This document shows positions 61,470 to 64,000 of a DNA stretch of 64,000 nucleotides, one piece after another. Source of the stretch: Centroscyllium fabricii (Eukaryota); NCBI GenBank assembly GCA_051313645.2, contig JBNRSN020000029.1, positions 20,212,001 to 20,276,000 on the forward strand, given 5' to 3'. How positions within the stretch are numbered: position 1 is the stretch's first letter; every line of letters starts with the position of its first letter. The notes under the pieces are model-generated. The model worked only from the letters and a program-made list of their open reading frames with translations, searched no databases and had not been told where the DNA came from. The position numbers were made by a program, and so were the translations under genes.

Positions 61470-62975
61470 GCCATCTCAAAGAATAGGGGCAGGAGTTCGG
61501 TCTGAAATTGCTGAACTCGATGTTGAGTTCAGAATGTTGTAAATGACCTAATCGAAAGAAGAGGTGCTGTTGCTCGAGCTTACAATGAGCATTGTAGGAG
61601 CAGTATTAGAAGCAGAGGGCAGAGAGGTCAGAAGGAGACTGGATTGGAGAATCAATGTAACAGGCGACCGGAATTTCGGCGACATTTTTGCGGACTGATT
61701 AGAAGTGTTCCACGAAGCGGTCACCCAATCTGCGTTTGGTATCCACTATGCAGAGGAGACCGCATCATGAGCACCGAATGTAATGTAATAATTGCAAGAA
61801 GTACACATAAATCGCTAATTCACCTGGGAAGAGGGTTTGGGGCCCTGGAAATTTGGCGGTAAAAAGATAATTGTTGCCTGTCCTGTGTTTCCATAGAAAA
61901 CAAAGAAATAAGGAGCACGCGTAGGCCTTTCGGCTCGTCGAACCAGCTCCGCCATTCGATGTGATCATGGCTTATCATGATTTGCACGGTAATGTATCAT
62001 AGACACATATAAACATAGAAGCTAGGAGCAGGAGTAGGCCATTCGGCCCTTCGAGCCTGTTCCGCCATTCAATGAGATCATGGCTGATCATCCAAACCAA
62101 GTACCCTGTCTCTGCCTTGTCCCCATATACCTCGATCCCGATCGAGCCTGCACCGACACATATCCCACCCTATCCACGTAACCCTACATATTCAATCCTC
62201 CTAACACTAAGGGTCAATTTATCCTGGCTAATCAACCTAACCCGCACATCTTTGGACCCATCCTGGGAAGGAGAGGGTGTTTTGGGAGTAACTGAGATGG
62301 GAGCCAGGGTGCAGTGTGAGCGGTCCGTTCCGAATACTGAAAGGGGAGGTGAGTGATAGATGATCTTAGTGTTGCGATGACGCTGGACGTGGCATGAGTT
62401 TTGGAGTATGATGCATTGCATGTCGTGGTTGGTGGGTTGGAAGGTGATGGCTATCGTGGTTGTGGCTGGGAGGGGAAGGGCTGAGAGAAGAAATGCGGGG
62501 AATGGAACAGAGAAGGTAGAGTGCCATTTCAACCATGGTAGAGCGGAATCCTCATGGGGAAAAAGGAAGACATATTGGAAGCAAAATTTGAGAACGTGGC
62601 ACCATCAGAACAGATGCGACAGAGATGGAGAAATTGTGAGAATGGGATATAGTCCTTACAGGAAACGAAGTGGGAGGAAGTGTGATCTAGGTAGATGTGG
62701 GAGTCAATGGGCGTATAGTGGATGTTTGTCAATAATCTATCCCCAGAAATGGAGACAGCGAATTCGAGCAAGTTAATAGAAGTGTTGGAGATGGGCCACG
62801 TAAAGTTGAGGGAAGGGTAGATATTGGACGCAGAGTGAATGACATTTTCCAGGTGAGGGGCAGAGCAGGACACGGCAAGATACAGTCATCAAAGTCCCGG
62901 ATAAAGAGGTGAGGGAGGGGACCTGAGTAGGACTGGAACAAATAGAGCTCCATATATATCACAAAAAGTTAGGAA
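61470..62975 (-). mobile_element. Penelope-like retroelement remnant (RT and GIY-YIG)
   Basis: YMELYLFQSYSGPLPHLFIRDFDDCI, PIDSHIYLDHTSSH..IPFSQFLHLCRICS, and GIY-YIG remnant CTS..IRCS*CGLLCIVDTKRRLGDRFVEH. Confidence 0.85.
62005..62257 (-). mobile_element. HE1-like SINE 3' half inserted in the Penelope-like element
   Basis: Reverse complement of the 57070-57329 SINE segment. Confidence 0.88.
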
Positions 62976-63458
62976 CCATGGGTTTCCATATCAAACAGCT
63001 TTTACTTTGAAAATGGGATGATGTTATAATGAGGAACGCGTGATCACAGGTGGTGGTTGAGGCAATTACCTGAGGGGCTTTCAAAATTAAACGCGACGTG
63101 TACAAGAGAGAAATGCAATTGTGCTGAAGGGCTGACATACCTGGAATAGGGAAAAATGGTTCTGGTGTGCAGTCCAGAACGCAGCTCAGACTGGTTCAAC
63201 TAGATGGCGTATATGGTATAAAATATACACAACCCGCCAGACGGTACCCTGACGGATCGATCGACCACCCGTTTTACAGCCATGGCCGGCAGATCCTATC
63301 ATCTCAGCTCGATTCCGGGGACGATAGATTACAATTAATGACGTTTTTTACCTGTTTTGAATGGAAGCAGATGCTCAGTTGGTAAAATCACTCCATTGGA
63401 CCTCATTAAATTTGTTTTCATTTCTACTATTGAAAAGTTTCCCCGAATACTCACTATT

Positions 63459-64000
63459 GGTTGATCAGTCGACAATAATCGATGCAGACACTGTTGTATA
63501 GTAAAACGTCTTTTTCCTTTATTACGAGCTCGGAGACAAGTTACTCGAGCCAGCACTGATCCCCAAAGGGTTTCTGGGGTAGGCGGGTTTACAAGTCTGC
63601 CTTCCCCTTTGTGAGTGCCGCCTTTTATTGTTACAAACTATAATCAATCAACCGAGTGACAATAAACAAGAATACTATATGTTCCAATCAGCTTACTTTC
63701 TCCATCTATGACAAAAATCAAAGTTGTTTCTTCTGCTGTAGTTTCTTATCTGATGATCTTATCTGATCTGCTGTGTAGCTCATACTAAGGTTGTCTCTTT
63801 TGATGTATAGTTTCTTATTTGATCTGCCATGTAGAGATATCAGGGTTATCTCTTTTGATGTTTAGTTCCTTATTTGATCTGCCATGTAGAGATACTAGGG
63901 TTATCTATTTTGATGTACTTTCTTCGGAAACTGATTTATTGGTTCCTGCCTATTATCAGCTCCAATTACCTGCCTAACTTTCTTCTATCTTTATAGCACA
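63459..64000 (-). mobile_element. Possible ERV-like LTR running off the window end, with ~55-bp tandem repeats (63764-63917)
   Basis: Minus-strand AATAAA at ~63518-63523; three copies of TGATCTGCCATGTAGAGATA..GGTTATCTCTTTTGATGT. Confidence 0.4.

Noticed and set aside
63074-63444. Possible MITE with GGGG..CTTTCAA termini (similar weak candidates at ~36686-37119 and ending at ~38815)
   Set aside because: The inverted termini are too imperfect and no TSD could be established by eye.

Overview
This is eukaryotic, repeat-dominated DNA. The repeat content (HE1-like V-SINEs with CR1/HER1-type tails, CR1, L2, Rex1/Babar, Penelope-like elements) points to a cartilaginous fish (shark or ray). I found no intact host gene. 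The host-gene content is a decaying tandem cluster of two-exon GPR139/GPR142-like rhodopsin-class GPCR pseudogenes: one with both exons, one large exon, and one possible orphan first exon. Transposons fill most of the rest. There is a PIF/Harbinger hotspot at 3.7-23.3 kb (three decayed transposase genes, two Myb/SANT partner genes, nested MITEs). There are three complete Gypsy-type LTR elements with TSDs: a young gag+protease-only sushi-like element (17634-20723), a CsRn1-like element with a nearly intact pol and CRE/ETS-rich LTRs (29918-34487), and an element with no tRNA PBS (51580-56141). In that last element the PBS position is a perfect 12-nt complement of its own LTR segment carrying the ATTAAA signal, and its RT motif is YLDN. 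The window also has a ~6.7-kb CCAAT-containing satellite, hammerhead-ribozyme-like Penelope termini, and a 148-bp N gap. Family assignments come from motif recognition by eye, not database searches. Boundaries of decayed LINE fragments are approximate.
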